The position numbers and the translations under genes were made by a program. A stretch of DNA of 35,661 nt from Candidatus Bathyarchaeia archaeon (GTDB taxonomy: Archaea > Thermoproteota > Bathyarchaeia > TCS64), in contig JBEKDF010000027.1 of the NCBI GenBank assembly GCA_050014495.1, positions 1 to 35,661 of the forward strand. Direction: 5' to 3'. Positions 20,187 through 30,154 of the stretch are shown piece by piece. Numbering within the stretch: the first letter of the stretch is position 1; every line of letters starts with the position of its first letter. Below the pieces are notes generated by a model. That model saw only the letters and a program-made list of their open reading frames with translations, did not search any database and was not told the DNA's origin.

Positions 20187-21221
20187 ATGGTGTTATTGAT
20201 AGGAGACGAAGATGTTAGAAAGGCGGGAATTTTACCTGGTGAGGTCATTGCGGCTGTAGAAGACGCCTATCTACAGGATGGTCGAGGCTTAGCGCAAGAC
20301 ACAACTCGAAGAGAGGTTAGGACAAAAGGCAAAGATCTCCCGCATATAGCGCCTGGAACTGAGAGCATAGGTCAAGGCCTTGCGTTTCTGTAGGAATCAG
20401 GTGTTGTCGTAATTTCACACAGCTACCACTTTTCTTGGCACCGGTACCTCACCGAGATAGTTGATTCCAATGATAGAAAGACTCTGGCGGTGATCATTCG
20501 GGACAGTGTGCCTTTCGGAGAGAGACAGCCAGAAGTAGGTGTCGAAGATCTGAGAACCGGTGCAGCCGCGGCGATTGGCGCAAAGTATCTTGCACCCTCT
20601 AAGATTTCCAGTGTGGGATTAATCGGTACAGGTAAGGTTGGACGGGCTTCGATTATTTGCCTATCAACGGTGAGAGAATTCGAAAAAGTGTATGTGTACT
20701 CCGGGAGAAGGAGTAATGAATCCTTCGCGATCGAGATGAGCAAAATACTGGGGAAAGACGTTATTGCAACCCGATCCGCCGAAGAGACTGTGAAAAACGC
20801 GGATGTTTTAGTGACCGCTACCTATGCTACGACACCGATTGTGAAGGGGGAGTGGTTGAGGAAAGGGACCCATATAAGTGGAATGGGCTCAGATGACCCG
20901 TTGAAATCTGAGCTGGATGCTGAAACACTTCGAAGAGCGAATAAAATAGTGATTGATGGGGAGAAGTGCCTCACAATAGGAGAGATTGCGAGCGCTATTA
21001 GAGGTGGCACAATCAGTGCCTCTAATATCTATGGAAAAATCGGGGAATTAGTCGCGGGTACAAAGAGAGGGAGAGAGGGTGACAATGAGATTACAGTTTT
21101 TATTAGTGACGGGACAAATCTTCAATCAGCAGGCGCCTCGCTGTTAATTTATAAAAAGGTGAAGGAGCTGGGACTCGGAGTGGAGACGTCGAGCCTAAAA
21201 AAATATTTCTTCAATGACTAA
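20187..21221 (+). pseudogene. Ornithine cyclodeaminase/mu-crystallin family protein interrupted by an in-frame TAG at 20391-20393
   Basis: ORFs 20187-20393 and 20490-21221 share a frame. Read through, the gene is 345 codons and collinear with the paralogue at 34356-35390, which has GAG at the TAG position. LRTGAAAAIGAKYLA, IGTG and GTHISGMG motifs. Confidence 0.8.
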
Positions 21222-21236
21222 ATAATTGTGAAGGGC

Positions 21237-22529
21237 TCAGTTGACGTATCTGTTTTTTTCCCCGAAGTCAAGATAGGATTTCGCACTGATACTCATCACT
21301 ATGATTTTTTGTCGTTTGTCTTGTTTGGCCTTCAAGGCTTCATCGATCGCAGCTCTGACGGCGTAAGCAGACTCGGGTGCAATCAGCTCACCCTGTGTGG
21401 CCAAAAATATTCTCGCAGCCTCGAAGATAGCTGACTCGTCAACGGGGTAGACCACGGTGTCTATGAGACCACGATGACGCAGCAGGCTTAGAATTGGAGC
21501 AGTATTTGAAGTCTGAATGCCTATGCCTGCAATAGGCTGCTTAAAGTCCCTATTAGTCTCGTAGATTTTCCCCAACATGCTTGACATCGGATTCTGCATT
21601 TGAGAATATCCATAGGAGCCATCCGTCAGCTTTGATGAAGTCTCGGACTCGACTGCCACGAATTTACATTCCTCGAGAACACCGGCGAGGCTGGCTTTCA
21701 TGAATGGGGCGATGAGCCCATAGAAGTTGCTGCCACCTCCAACTGGTGCTATGAGGTGTGTGGGCTTCTCATCGATGGAATTTAGCTGCTTTTCTACTTC
21801 AAGGCCCATTATTGTTTGAGTCATCAGCACATGATTTAGGAAGCTGGAGATTACGGCGACTGCTCCCTGATTAGTCAACACTTCCTCTACGGCTTCGCTT
21901 CTAGCGATCTCAGAGGGGCTCCTCGTGCTCCCTTCCCTTTTCGTCTTTCTACCAATCTCAGTTCTATCGCTCGGGGACTCGACAAGGTCGGCGTTGAACA
22001 TCTTTTTTAGGAATAAGACCTGCTCCGATTGGATACTGTAGTCCGTGCGGGGAACGAATATTGTCGGTGTCAACCCAAAGTGCCTGGCAGCGAATGTGTG
22101 TACGAAGTGTGTCCTCGTCTGAAGCGAACTCGATAGAACTGTTCTCTTGTAGCCCTCTTTGAATGCCCAGTATGCTTGGGGTATCGCGGTGTTGAGTTTG
22201 AATGTGCCAACAGGGGAAAGGTCCTCGCATTTGTAGTAGATTTTGGCCTTAGTTTTCAAGTAGGCCTCGAGGCCATTCGCTCTTACGAGTGGGCGTGGTC
22301 TACCACATCTTATGTAGGCTTCTCGAACGGAGCTTGGGATGTCTACCCACCTGCTTGTTGAAAATTCGAGGCGGGAAGCTGTCTTAGTAAATATGTCGGG
22401 CAATTGCCTGACCGACTCGCCACCTGAAGCTGTTCTGTATGGTGGCAATGGCTCAGGCAAGTCGGGTAAGATATTATACCACTTTTTAGGAATCTCATCG
22501 GGTGAAAGTTCTATTCTCTCTAAGACCAT
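21237..22529 (-). CDS. Divergent TrpB2-like PLP-dependent enzyme (fold type II)
   Basis: IPKKWYNILPDLPEPLPP, YYKCEDLSPVGTFKLNTA (PLP Lys), NHVLMTQT, VGGGSNF and APESAYA. The ETGAGQWG loop is not retained. Confidence 0.85.
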   Translation of the reverse strand: MVLERIELSPDEIPKKWYNILPDLPEPLPPYRTASGGESVRQLPDIFTKTASRLEFSTSRWVDIPSSVREAYIRCGRPRPLVRANGLEAYLKTKAKIYYKCEDLSPVGTFKLNTAIPQAYWAFKEGYKRTVLSSSLQTRTHFVHTFAARHFGLTPTIFVPRTDYSIQSEQVLFLKKMFNADLVESPSDRTEIGRKTKREGSTRSPSEIARSEAVEEVLTNQGAVAVISSFLNHVLMTQTIMGLEVEKQLNSIDEKPTHLIAPVGGGSNFYGLIAPFMKASLAGVLEECKFVAVESETSSKLTDGSYGYSQMQNPMSSMLGKIYETNRDFKQPIAGIGIQTSNTAPILSLLRHRGLIDTVVYPVDESAIFEAARIFLATQGELIAPESAYAVRAAIDEALKAKQDKRQKIIVMSISAKSYLDFGEKNRYVN

Positions 22530-22595
22530 TGAATCTTCAATTGTCTATTTGGGTATATTTTACTTATCAAAAGTTGGAGATGTTACTCGACCGAG

Positions 22596-23321
22596 TCATA
22601 CCAAACCCAGGTCAAAAAGCTTGTTGGCATTTCTCCAGAATATTAGGGACTTTTGATACTCGCTTAATTCTCCACTGATATTAATCATGTCGACCTCTCG
22701 CCTTAACATTCCGTATGGTGTATGAGACCCCATGAGTATTCTGTGAGCACCAACAGGCTGAAGTGCCTTGGCTAAATCTTGACCCAGTTCGAAGACAGCG
22801 GTGTCGATGTAGACGTTCCTGTGACGAGAGGCGATGCCTGAGGCGTCGTAGTAGACGCTGCTCATTATGAATCTGATCTGGGGGTATTTGTTCATCATCG
22901 CCTCCATTGGGGCTATCGGAACCATGATCGTCTCCTTATCATCGGAGTGCAGCCATACGGGCATGTCAAGCATGTAGGCGCATTCCATTGTTTCGTGGAA
23001 CTGTTTCTCTCCATGATCCACCCCGAATCGAGGGTCCGTCACGATTCCTTTGAAGCCCTGTCTCTTGTACTCGTAGAGTAGTTCCGGGGTTTCTGAGAGC
23101 TTCGGGTTTACTAATGCGAACGCTATGAACTTGTCCGGATTGGCTTTGTGGGCTCTCTTGATTATCTCATTCTGCTCGATTACGTCTGGGTTCGAGGGGA
23201 AGGGAAATATAACACAGATGTCCACTCCCGCAGATTTCATCTCATTGACGAGGTCTTCCTCTGATCTGGTTTCATCGTTCGCAGGGTCGTATCCAATGTG
23301 ATTATGAACATCTATCTTCAT
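22596..23321 (-). CDS. Amidohydrolase_2 family protein (altered metal motifs)
   Basis: MKIDVHNH start (ATGA overlap with the upstream stop), PVWLHSD, NVYIDTA, ILMGSHTP. Confidence 0.85.
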   Translation of the reverse strand: MKIDVHNHIGYDPANDETRSEEDLVNEMKSAGVDICVIFPFPSNPDVIEQNEIIKRAHKANPDKFIAFALVNPKLSETPELLYEYKRQGFKGIVTDPRFGVDHGEKQFHETMECAYMLDMPVWLHSDDKETIMVPIAPMEAMMNKYPQIRFIMSSVYYDASGIASRHRNVYIDTAVFELGQDLAKALQPVGAHRILMGSHTPYGMLRREVDMINISGELSEYQKSLIFWRNANKLFDLGLV

Positions 23322-24127
23322 AGTTCCACCCCCACTGACCTTAGAAGTGCAATAGCGTTTAGGCCAAGCACCTTTTCCTCTATCTGTTTGGGTAGATCGA
23401 GACATAAAACCCGGTTTAGTTCTTCTTGTGGTTGGAAACGCTCCGTTGCCCTAATAGTATCTGAGGCGTAGAGCATCCTATCCTTGCTAACTTCTTCAAG
23501 AAATCTCAATATGTTCCGTGGGTGTATCACGGCGCTTGTGTCAGCATAAACATTCGATAGTCTTTTGGCGACAGTGATAACGTCTAGACTCTGTGAGATT
23601 CCGAAATGCTGCATCACAAGCTTAGTGTCTGGGAACCTCTCCGCTAAATTACCTAACACTGAGGGATGGCACCAGTGTGTCCAATCGGTGTGACATACTG
23701 GAAGAATGCCTAGGTCATCGATCTCCCTGAAGAGTTTGATGGCGCCTTTGCAATTCGCTGGGTAGTGCACTGATGTAAACTTCACCTTGACGACTCTGAG
23801 ACCTGCCCTTGTCGCTCGCTTAAGTTCCTCGATCGACTTATCTCCCCAGCTTGGATCGATCAGAGATGCGCCGATGTATCTATCGGGATACTTTTTAACA
23901 GTCTCGATTATGTAGTCGTTGTCCTTTCTCATCGCCTCAGGGCTTTCGCTTGCGAGCGCTCTGAAACCGAAGATGACAGCTTTGTCAATTTTAGGCTTAG
24001 AGGCATCCATTTTTTTGAGGAACTGCTCCGCGGTGTGTTCACATGACTGCGTGTTTGGCCATTGCGTCGACAGCCACTCACTGACGGGAAGTTCCTTACT
24101 TAGATGAACATGCATATCAATTATCAT
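23318..24127 (-). CDS. Amidohydrolase_2 family protein
   Basis: IIDMHVH, PVCHTD, MQHFG, NVYADTS, MLYASD. Confidence 0.88.
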   Translation of the reverse strand: MIIDMHVHLSKELPVSEWLSTQWPNTQSCEHTAEQFLKKMDASKPKIDKAVIFGFRALASESPEAMRKDNDYIIETVKKYPDRYIGASLIDPSWGDKSIEELKRATRAGLRVVKVKFTSVHYPANCKGAIKLFREIDDLGILPVCHTDWTHWCHPSVLGNLAERFPDTKLVMQHFGISQSLDVITVAKRLSNVYADTSAVIHPRNILRFLEEVSKDRMLYASDTIRATERFQPQEELNRVLCLDLPKQIEEKVLGLNAIALLRSVGVEL

Positions 24128-24218
24128 AACTAACGAAATACAGATTTGCTACGTGTGGAAATAATACTTTCTAAGATGCAATTCTTTTAAAATCGGGATG
24201 TAGCTCTTCTAGTAACTG

Positions 24219-25268
24219 GTGTCCTATGCCATGATTGTAACCCCAGAAAGTTCTGCTGCAGTTTATGATAGACTGATAAAAGAGCCTCTCAACGCACCTT
24301 CGGTGCCCAACAAACCTAGGAGACCCGAGATCTACATGAGAAACGGGAAACACGTCGTCTCACTGATTCGAACAGACGATAGGGTCGCGGGATTTAAAGA
24401 GGCCTTCAAATCGATAGGCGGGCTTAAGCGACTATGTGATGGGGTTAAAGGCGAAATAATCATCAAGCCTAATTGTAATACCGACGACCCCTTCCCAAAA
24501 AACACAAGTCATGAGACGGTGCGTGTGATAGCTGAGGGACTAATCAGTTCAGGTTTTAAAGCAAGTAAAATCTGTGTGGGAGACGCCTCGGGGCGCTTCA
24601 GGGGATTCCCCACACGCCACACGATTGAGAATATGGGGATCAAAGCCGTTGCTGATGAATTAGGAATACAAGTTGGCTATTTCGAGGAAGAAGAGTGGCT
24701 TACGGTGAATCCACCGAAGAGCGTCGCATGGCCCATGGGAATAAGAATTCCAAGGAGGATCTACGATGCTGACAGGGTGATCCTCACACCAGTAATGAGA
24801 CCACACCGAACCCCAGTATTCACAATTGCTCTCAAGCTCCCAGTTGGAATCATTGACCCAGTCGCGAGGGAGTGGCTCCATAATAACCAGAATGAAAACT
24901 TCATTAACAAAATGATAGACCTAAGCCTCACTTTTACTCCAGATCTGATTGTAACCGATGGTATGAAGTTTTACACGAGTCGACCACCCACTATGGATGA
25001 GGTAGTTGCCCCTGGAATTCTAGTTGTGGGCAGCAATAGTGTTGCAGCGGACGCGGTGGCTGCATGCATTATGAAGCAGCATAAGGCTCACAAAATGGAA
25101 TCTACCCCGGTCCGGGAACACCTATCATTCGTGATCGGTGAGGAGAGGGGCATCGGTAGCTCTAGTTTGAACGACATCGAGTTGCTAACGAAAAATCTAA
25201 CCGATGATACGACATTTGATGATACGGTGAACCTAGTGAAAGAGGAACTCTCCTATAGAAGACCATAA
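24219..25268 (+). CDS. DUF362 domain protein
   Basis: IIIKPN, T-x-x-ETV, GDASG, PH...FTIALK...G, PDLIVTDG and VAADA motifs. Confidence 0.8.
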   Translation: MSYAMIVTPESSAAVYDRLIKEPLNAPSVPNKPRRPEIYMRNGKHVVSLIRTDDRVAGFKEAFKSIGGLKRLCDGVKGEIIIKPNCNTDDPFPKNTSHETVRVIAEGLISSGFKASKICVGDASGRFRGFPTRHTIENMGIKAVADELGIQVGYFEEEEWLTVNPPKSVAWPMGIRIPRRIYDADRVILTPVMRPHRTPVFTIALKLPVGIIDPVAREWLHNNQNENFINKMIDLSLTFTPDLIVTDGMKFYTSRPPTMDEVVAPGILVVGSNSVAADAVAACIMKQHKAHKMESTPVREHLSFVIGEERGIGSSSLNDIELLTKNLTDDTTFDDTVNLVKEELSYRRP

Positions 25269-25278
25269 GGAAAAAGAC

Positions 25279-26187
25279 TCATCGCTTAAAAAATAGTTCC
25301 TTTATCCCACCCTCGGGAGTTTGATATCTGACCTTCTCAGGCAGGTCATATGTCACATAGACGGCCTTTGTTAGCTTCGCCCTCCAAGTGGCAACTGCTG
25401 CATCCCAGCCATTCATCCTGAGGAAATCCGCTAGTTGTTTTGTCCCTAATCTCTGTCCAGTAACGTCGTGCGCATTCTGAAGCGCCATGAAGGCCCAGGC
25501 TTCTGAGAAGGCATCGGCCATGGATTCATCGTCGGCATACATCTTCCTGACTTCCTCAGGCATCATGCTGGCCTCGCTTAAGGTTAGCTCAGTTGGTTTG
25601 AGCCTCTTACCCTCTGGTGCAGCTACGTTCAGTGAATTGACCGCTATGTTGTACGGATATAGCTCCATAGCCAGGCATTGTGTGAGTCCCTCCAACCCGA
25701 ATTTCGATGGACAGTATCCTACCTCCGCGACGAAGCCTATCTGAGCCGAGGCCGAGCTAACATTGATGATGCTGCCCTTACCCTGCTTCTTCATCATCGG
25801 CAGGAATAATTTACTTAGTATGAAGGGGGCGCGAAGGTTAACTGATATGGTTTTGTCCCATTCTTCGACGCTCGTCTCCTCGAAGAGCTTCCATGGGCTG
25901 GTAGCTGCGTTATTGACTAGCACGTCGAGCCGGCCAAACTTATTTTCGATGGTGTCTCTCAATCTGTTAAGGTCATCTACTTTTGATAGGTCGGTTGGGG
26001 TAATCAGACATTCTCCTCCTTTCTTCTCGATTGACTCTTTAAGGGAGGTCAACTCGTTGACTGTTCTAGCGGCTACTGCTACATTAGCGCCCTCTCGGGC
26101 ATATGCGTAAGCCATCCCCCTTCCGAAACCTCTACCTGATCCTGTGACTAGAACGACTTTACCTTCAAGTCTATTCAAAACAACCAT
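25279..26187 (-). CDS. Short-chain dehydrogenase/reductase (classical SDR) with C-terminal extension
   Basis: TGSGRGFG, VNNAA, NVSS, YCPSK. Confidence 0.9.
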   Translation of the reverse strand: MVVLNRLEGKVVLVTGSGRGFGRGMAYAYAREGANVAVAARTVNELTSLKESIEKKGGECLITPTDLSKVDDLNRLRDTIENKFGRLDVLVNNAATSPWKLFEETSVEEWDKTISVNLRAPFILSKLFLPMMKKQGKGSIINVSSASAQIGFVAEVGYCPSKFGLEGLTQCLAMELYPYNIAVNSLNVAAPEGKRLKPTELTLSEASMMPEEVRKMYADDESMADAFSEAWAFMALQNAHDVTGQRLGTKQLADFLRMNGWDAAVATWRAKLTKAVYVTYDLPEKVRYQTPEGGIKELFFKR

Positions 26188-26279
26188 GATATTAAAGACA
26201 TAATATCCCTATAAATGGTTTAAACTAGCCAGATAGTAATAATGGAATCTTATACCCAACTTCGGCGTTTCATGGATTG

Positions 26280-26323
26280 CGAAAAGTATTATATTATTTA
26301 AATTATAATCATGAGACGGTGAT
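26280..26323 (+). promoter_or_regulatory. BRE-TATA promoter and GGTGA ribosome-binding site
   Basis: CGAAAAG-TATTATA at 26280-26293 and GGTGAT just before TTG 26327. Confidence 0.5.
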
Positions 26324-26326
26324 TTA

Positions 26327-27319
26327 TTGTCGAAGGCTTTCAAGATCCAAAACCTCGAAGCGGAGAGGGGGACAAAGGTACACGGACTTCTAAATGTACA
26401 TGAGACCCCCGCATATCTTCACCAGGTACCTATGACGCTGGTCAATGGAATTGGCGACGGCCCGACCATCGTCATAAACGGTGGTGAACACGGCTCTGAG
26501 TACAATGGACCTGCGGGGTGTCTGAAACTAATAGACATGCTAGATCCCAAGAAGATCAAAGGAAAGATCATACTCGTCCCGATGGTGAACACTCTTGGTT
26601 TCGAGTATCGATGGATGCATGGCAACCCCGCTGACTACCGGGATCTGACCTCATGCTACGTGGATGAGATCCCCAAGACAGGGTCAGGGCATCCTAAGCA
26701 CAGTTACCAATTGGCCATCACATTCTATAATGAGGTGCTCTCAAAGAGTGAGTACCGACTCAACCTACATGGCGGTGACCTCGAGGAGGATGTGATGGTG
26801 GGCACAATGTACAGCAGAGTTGGGGATCAGGTTAACGATGATAAGAACTTGGCAATGGCGAGGAACTTTGGCTGGGAGTGGATACGAGAGGGCATCAGAA
26901 AGCCACAGCCCAATGCCCCAACTAAGCCTCAGCGATATATGCCTATGACGGTCGGAACCGAGGCTAGCGGTATGGGAAGATGCACAACGGACATAGCTGA
27001 TATGGTGTTGAAGGGTTGCCTCAACACACTGAAGTGGCTGAAGATGATGGATGGAAAACCCGACATACCCAAGAAGGCTAGGGTTTTCAACCCCTACCAC
27101 CTCTACAGCACGAGGGGTGGCTTCTTCATATCGCATGTCAAGGCCGGAGACATGATAAAAGAGAAGGATGCGCTAGGTGAAGTTAGAAACCTCAACGGGA
27201 AGATTATCGACGAAATCGTCGCTCCTACTGATGGCGTGGTTCATATGGTTACCTCTCCAGCCCTCTGGGAGGGAGACGTGACATATGAGATCGGGAAGGA
27301 TATCCGATACATTGAGTAG
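26327..27319 (+). CDS. AstE/AspA family zinc hydrolase
   Basis: GGEHGSE, LNLHGGD, GTEASG; the N-R motif is replaced by T-S. Confidence 0.85.
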   Translation: MSKAFKIQNLEAERGTKVHGLLNVHETPAYLHQVPMTLVNGIGDGPTIVINGGEHGSEYNGPAGCLKLIDMLDPKKIKGKIILVPMVNTLGFEYRWMHGNPADYRDLTSCYVDEIPKTGSGHPKHSYQLAITFYNEVLSKSEYRLNLHGGDLEEDVMVGTMYSRVGDQVNDDKNLAMARNFGWEWIREGIRKPQPNAPTKPQRYMPMTVGTEASGMGRCTTDIADMVLKGCLNTLKWLKMMDGKPDIPKKARVFNPYHLYSTRGGFFISHVKAGDMIKEKDALGEVRNLNGKIIDEIVAPTDGVVHMVTSPALWEGDVTYEIGKDIRYIE

Positions 27320-27390
27320 TTTGGTCCCCACACTTCGGCGTTTTCCCCTATACTTCTTTTAGTTCTTCGAATCAATATATATTGATCAAA

Positions 27391-28224
27391 ATGGCATATG
27401 AGCTTTCGAACATGGCTTGGTGGGAAGCTGAGGAGAAGATCAAGAAAAGTAAAGTCGCGATAGTGCCTGTCGGTGCTACGGAACAACATGGGTTGCATCT
27501 TGGCGTAGGAGCCGACTGGATACAGGCGTGGGAGATAGCTAAGCGAGTCGGTGAGAAATCTGACGTGCTTGTTCTCCCTGTATTAACCTACGGTGTGTCG
27601 GGCCACCATAAGGAGTTCCCGGGGACCATAACTCTCTCAGAGTCAACTTACGAGGAGGTGATCTATGAGGTTCTGTCGAACTTGAACCGCTTAAAGATAG
27701 GTAGGGTTGTTTTCATCAACGGTCACGGAGGTAACACTTCCTCGATCATATCTGCTCTAAAGAGAGCCCGGGAGAATTATGATATGATTGGGTCGATACT
27801 TGAGTGGTGGACCGTCTGGGGTGATCGAACAATTTTTGGGCAAAAGTTTGAGGCTCATGGAGGTTACTCGGAGACCGCGTTCATGCTCGCTGCTAGACCT
27901 GAGGCTGTTAAGATGGAGTACGCGGTGTTAAGCCCAACGAAGCAGTTTGATGACAATATTGAGATCCTGAGAGCGGGGCAAGCGAAGTTTAATGGTGGAG
28001 TTGTTTGGCTCCCGTTAAAGACTGCCGACGTGACGGATACGGGTTCGATGACTGAGTCTAGTCCAAAGGAGGCACCTGGAACCAGAGACTATTCGAAGAT
28101 AACGCTTGAGTTCTCAGTGAACTTGATGAATGAGTATGTTGACTGGATCTGTGCTTTCTTGAAGGAGTTCGAGGATATGGTTGTTCCTCCGATCAGTGTC
28201 AGTAAAGAGAAGGCTATGAGGTAG
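27391..28224 (+). CDS. Creatininase/creatinine amidohydrolase family protein
   Basis: PVGATEQHG...GAD, YGVSGHH-x-x-FPGT, NGHGGN, HGGYSET. Confidence 0.9.
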   Translation: MAYELSNMAWWEAEEKIKKSKVAIVPVGATEQHGLHLGVGADWIQAWEIAKRVGEKSDVLVLPVLTYGVSGHHKEFPGTITLSESTYEEVIYEVLSNLNRLKIGRVVFINGHGGNTSSIISALKRARENYDMIGSILEWWTVWGDRTIFGQKFEAHGGYSETAFMLAARPEAVKMEYAVLSPTKQFDDNIEILRAGQAKFNGGVVWLPLKTADVTDTGSMTESSPKEAPGTRDYSKITLEFSVNLMNEYVDWICAFLKEFEDMVVPPISVSKEKAMR

Positions 28225-28285
28225 CTAAAAGATTAGAGCGGATCTTTTCCTGCCTGAATCTTGGGAGGGTTTCATTTTCTTAGTT

Positions 28286-29128
28286 TCAACGACTTCGCTT
28301 TTTCACCCAAAAATATCTAGGGTCGACATCGACAATTGGAGTTGTTGATCGATTTCCGATACCTGAGCCACCATCAACGATTATGGTGGTTCCTGTTACG
28401 TAGCTGGATGCATCAGAGGCTAGGAAGAGTACAACGTTTACGACTTCTTTTGGTTCACCAGGCCTCATCAATGGTAATTTTGGGATACGCTCGCTTAGGC
28501 TCTTCGCCATTTCCTCAGGTAGAGGTTTTGATTGAGTGTCTATTAAGCCTGGGCTGATTGTGTTGACCAAAATATTATGGGGGGCGAGCTCAATAGATGC
28601 GACCCTGGAGAAACTTTCGACGGCAGCCCTACTTGAGGCGTAAGCCGCCGTACCCGGTGAGCCTCTTTGGCTTACACCTGAGGAAAAATTGATTATTCTT
28701 CCCCCACGTCCGCTGTTGATCATCGCCCTAGCAGCTGATTGGGTCATGAGGAAGGTTCCCCTGCAATTCGTGGCGTACACTCTATCCCAGACTTCTGGGC
28801 TCTCCTCGAGTAACGCTGTATGTGGTGCGACAGCCGCGTTGTTTACGCAGATGTCGAGGGTGCCGAATCGTTTCACTGCGGTTTCTATGAACTTGTTAAC
28901 ATCCTCAGGGTTGCTGACATCACCTACTATGGAGACAACTCTGATCTGATGGGGAGAGCAGGTTTCAGTCAGGCCCTTCGAGTCTCTGTCCGTGGCCACT
29001 ACATTTGCCCCCGCCTCCGCGAAGGCTCTAACGGTCTCTCTTCCCATACCGCGTGCTGCTCCGGTTACAATAACGGTCTTTTCGCTGAAATCGAATGTGA
29101 CTTCTCTTCGATTCAATTTATTTTTCAT
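28286..29128 (-). CDS. SDR family oxidoreductase (YxxxR variant)
   Basis: TGAARGMG, VNNAA, NFSS, YASSR, PGLIDT, VDGG. Confidence 0.9.
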   Translation of the reverse strand: MKNKLNRREVTFDFSEKTVIVTGAARGMGRETVRAFAEAGANVVATDRDSKGLTETCSPHQIRVVSIVGDVSNPEDVNKFIETAVKRFGTLDICVNNAAVAPHTALLEESPEVWDRVYATNCRGTFLMTQSAARAMINSGRGGRIINFSSGVSQRGSPGTAAYASSRAAVESFSRVASIELAPHNILVNTISPGLIDTQSKPLPEEMAKSLSERIPKLPLMRPGEPKEVVNVVLFLASDASSYVTGTTIIVDGGSGIGNRSTTPIVDVDPRYFWVKKRSR

Positions 29129-29210
29129 TTAATAGTAGATTTCTCTATATTATAATGATCAACCATTTTTCGTGATAAATAGATCTAAAGATTGTCCTGG
29201 GGGGTTGGTT

Positions 29211-30092
29211 CTAGTTTTTAAGGTATTTCTGCGGAAGTTCGAGCTTCACGAACTCGTCTAGGAAGCTCACAATCCAGTCTCTACATGTGTTCAGGATGTC
29301 GTTTCCTTGCTCCGCGGTTACCTTATCAGCGATGCTCGGCCATTTTCCCGGTTCAGGGTTTTCTACGTCTATTGGGGCTCTGGGCAACGGGATCTGCACT
29401 ACTCCGTTTTTGAAGATTACTCCGTTGGGTATCCGTGTAATCATCGGGTCCTCCCCAGCGCAGATGATTGTGCCCTTCATCTTGTCGGGGTAGGTGAATT
29501 TATTCCCAAAGATGTCATCTCTTAGCTGTAGCTGGAAATTCTCAGTCCTGGTTTCACCGTCTCTCTGAACCTTTGGATCGTTTTTCCCACACGCTGCGTC
29601 GACGCTCTGCTCAAGGATGTTCACATTGCGATAGTTTGGGTTTACATCCCCTTTGAGCTGGATTATCAGGTCCCACCACCTCACGTGGGCTGCGAGTGCC
29701 CCTCTCTTGTTTAGCTCACTCGCTACCGCGAGGTAGGCTCCATCGTTGCCTCCATGGCCGGAGAGAAAAAGGAAGTATTTCGCACCATACTTTGTGAATG
29801 ACATACAGATTTCTTGTATCATCTGCTTAACTGGCTCGTATGATGTATCTACTCCGCCGGGAAGTACCGACCCATTAGAGACTCCGTAAGGGAGGGTGGG
29901 TAGGACGATTACCTTTTCGGGTATTGCCTCTCCGACCCTCTTAGCCAGTTCAGTGCAGGAGAACATGTCTGTTCCTATTGGTCCGTCGCCGTGTTTATGG
30001 ATCGCCCCGACGGGAACAATGATTACTCTCTTCTCCTTTACAGCTTTAGCCGCTTCAACGGAGGTCATGTCAGCTAGATAATATTTTGACAT
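29211..30092 (-). CDS. Creatininase-family protein (divergent)
   Basis: PVGAIHKHGDGPIGTD, LPYGVS, SGHGGN, WWD. Confidence 0.82.
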   Translation of the reverse strand: MSKYYLADMTSVEAAKAVKEKRVIIVPVGAIHKHGDGPIGTDMFSCTELAKRVGEAIPEKVIVLPTLPYGVSNGSVLPGGVDTSYEPVKQMIQEICMSFTKYGAKYFLFLSGHGGNDGAYLAVASELNKRGALAAHVRWWDLIIQLKGDVNPNYRNVNILEQSVDAACGKNDPKVQRDGETRTENFQLQLRDDIFGNKFTYPDKMKGTIICAGEDPMITRIPNGVIFKNGVVQIPLPRAPIDVENPEPGKWPSIADKVTAEQGNDILNTCRDWIVSFLDEFVKLELPQKYLKN

Positions 30093-30112
30093 GGTCGGAT
30101 GTTTCTTTATTT

Positions 30113-30128
30113 AGATATATAAGTTTTG
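30113..30128 (-). promoter_or_regulatory. BRE-TATA for a probably leaderless transcript
   Basis: Minus strand CAAAACTTATATATCT about 21-36 nt upstream of ATG 30092. Confidence 0.5.
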
Positions 30129-30154
30129 AATTGGGGAAAGGAAGCATGGGGGGT

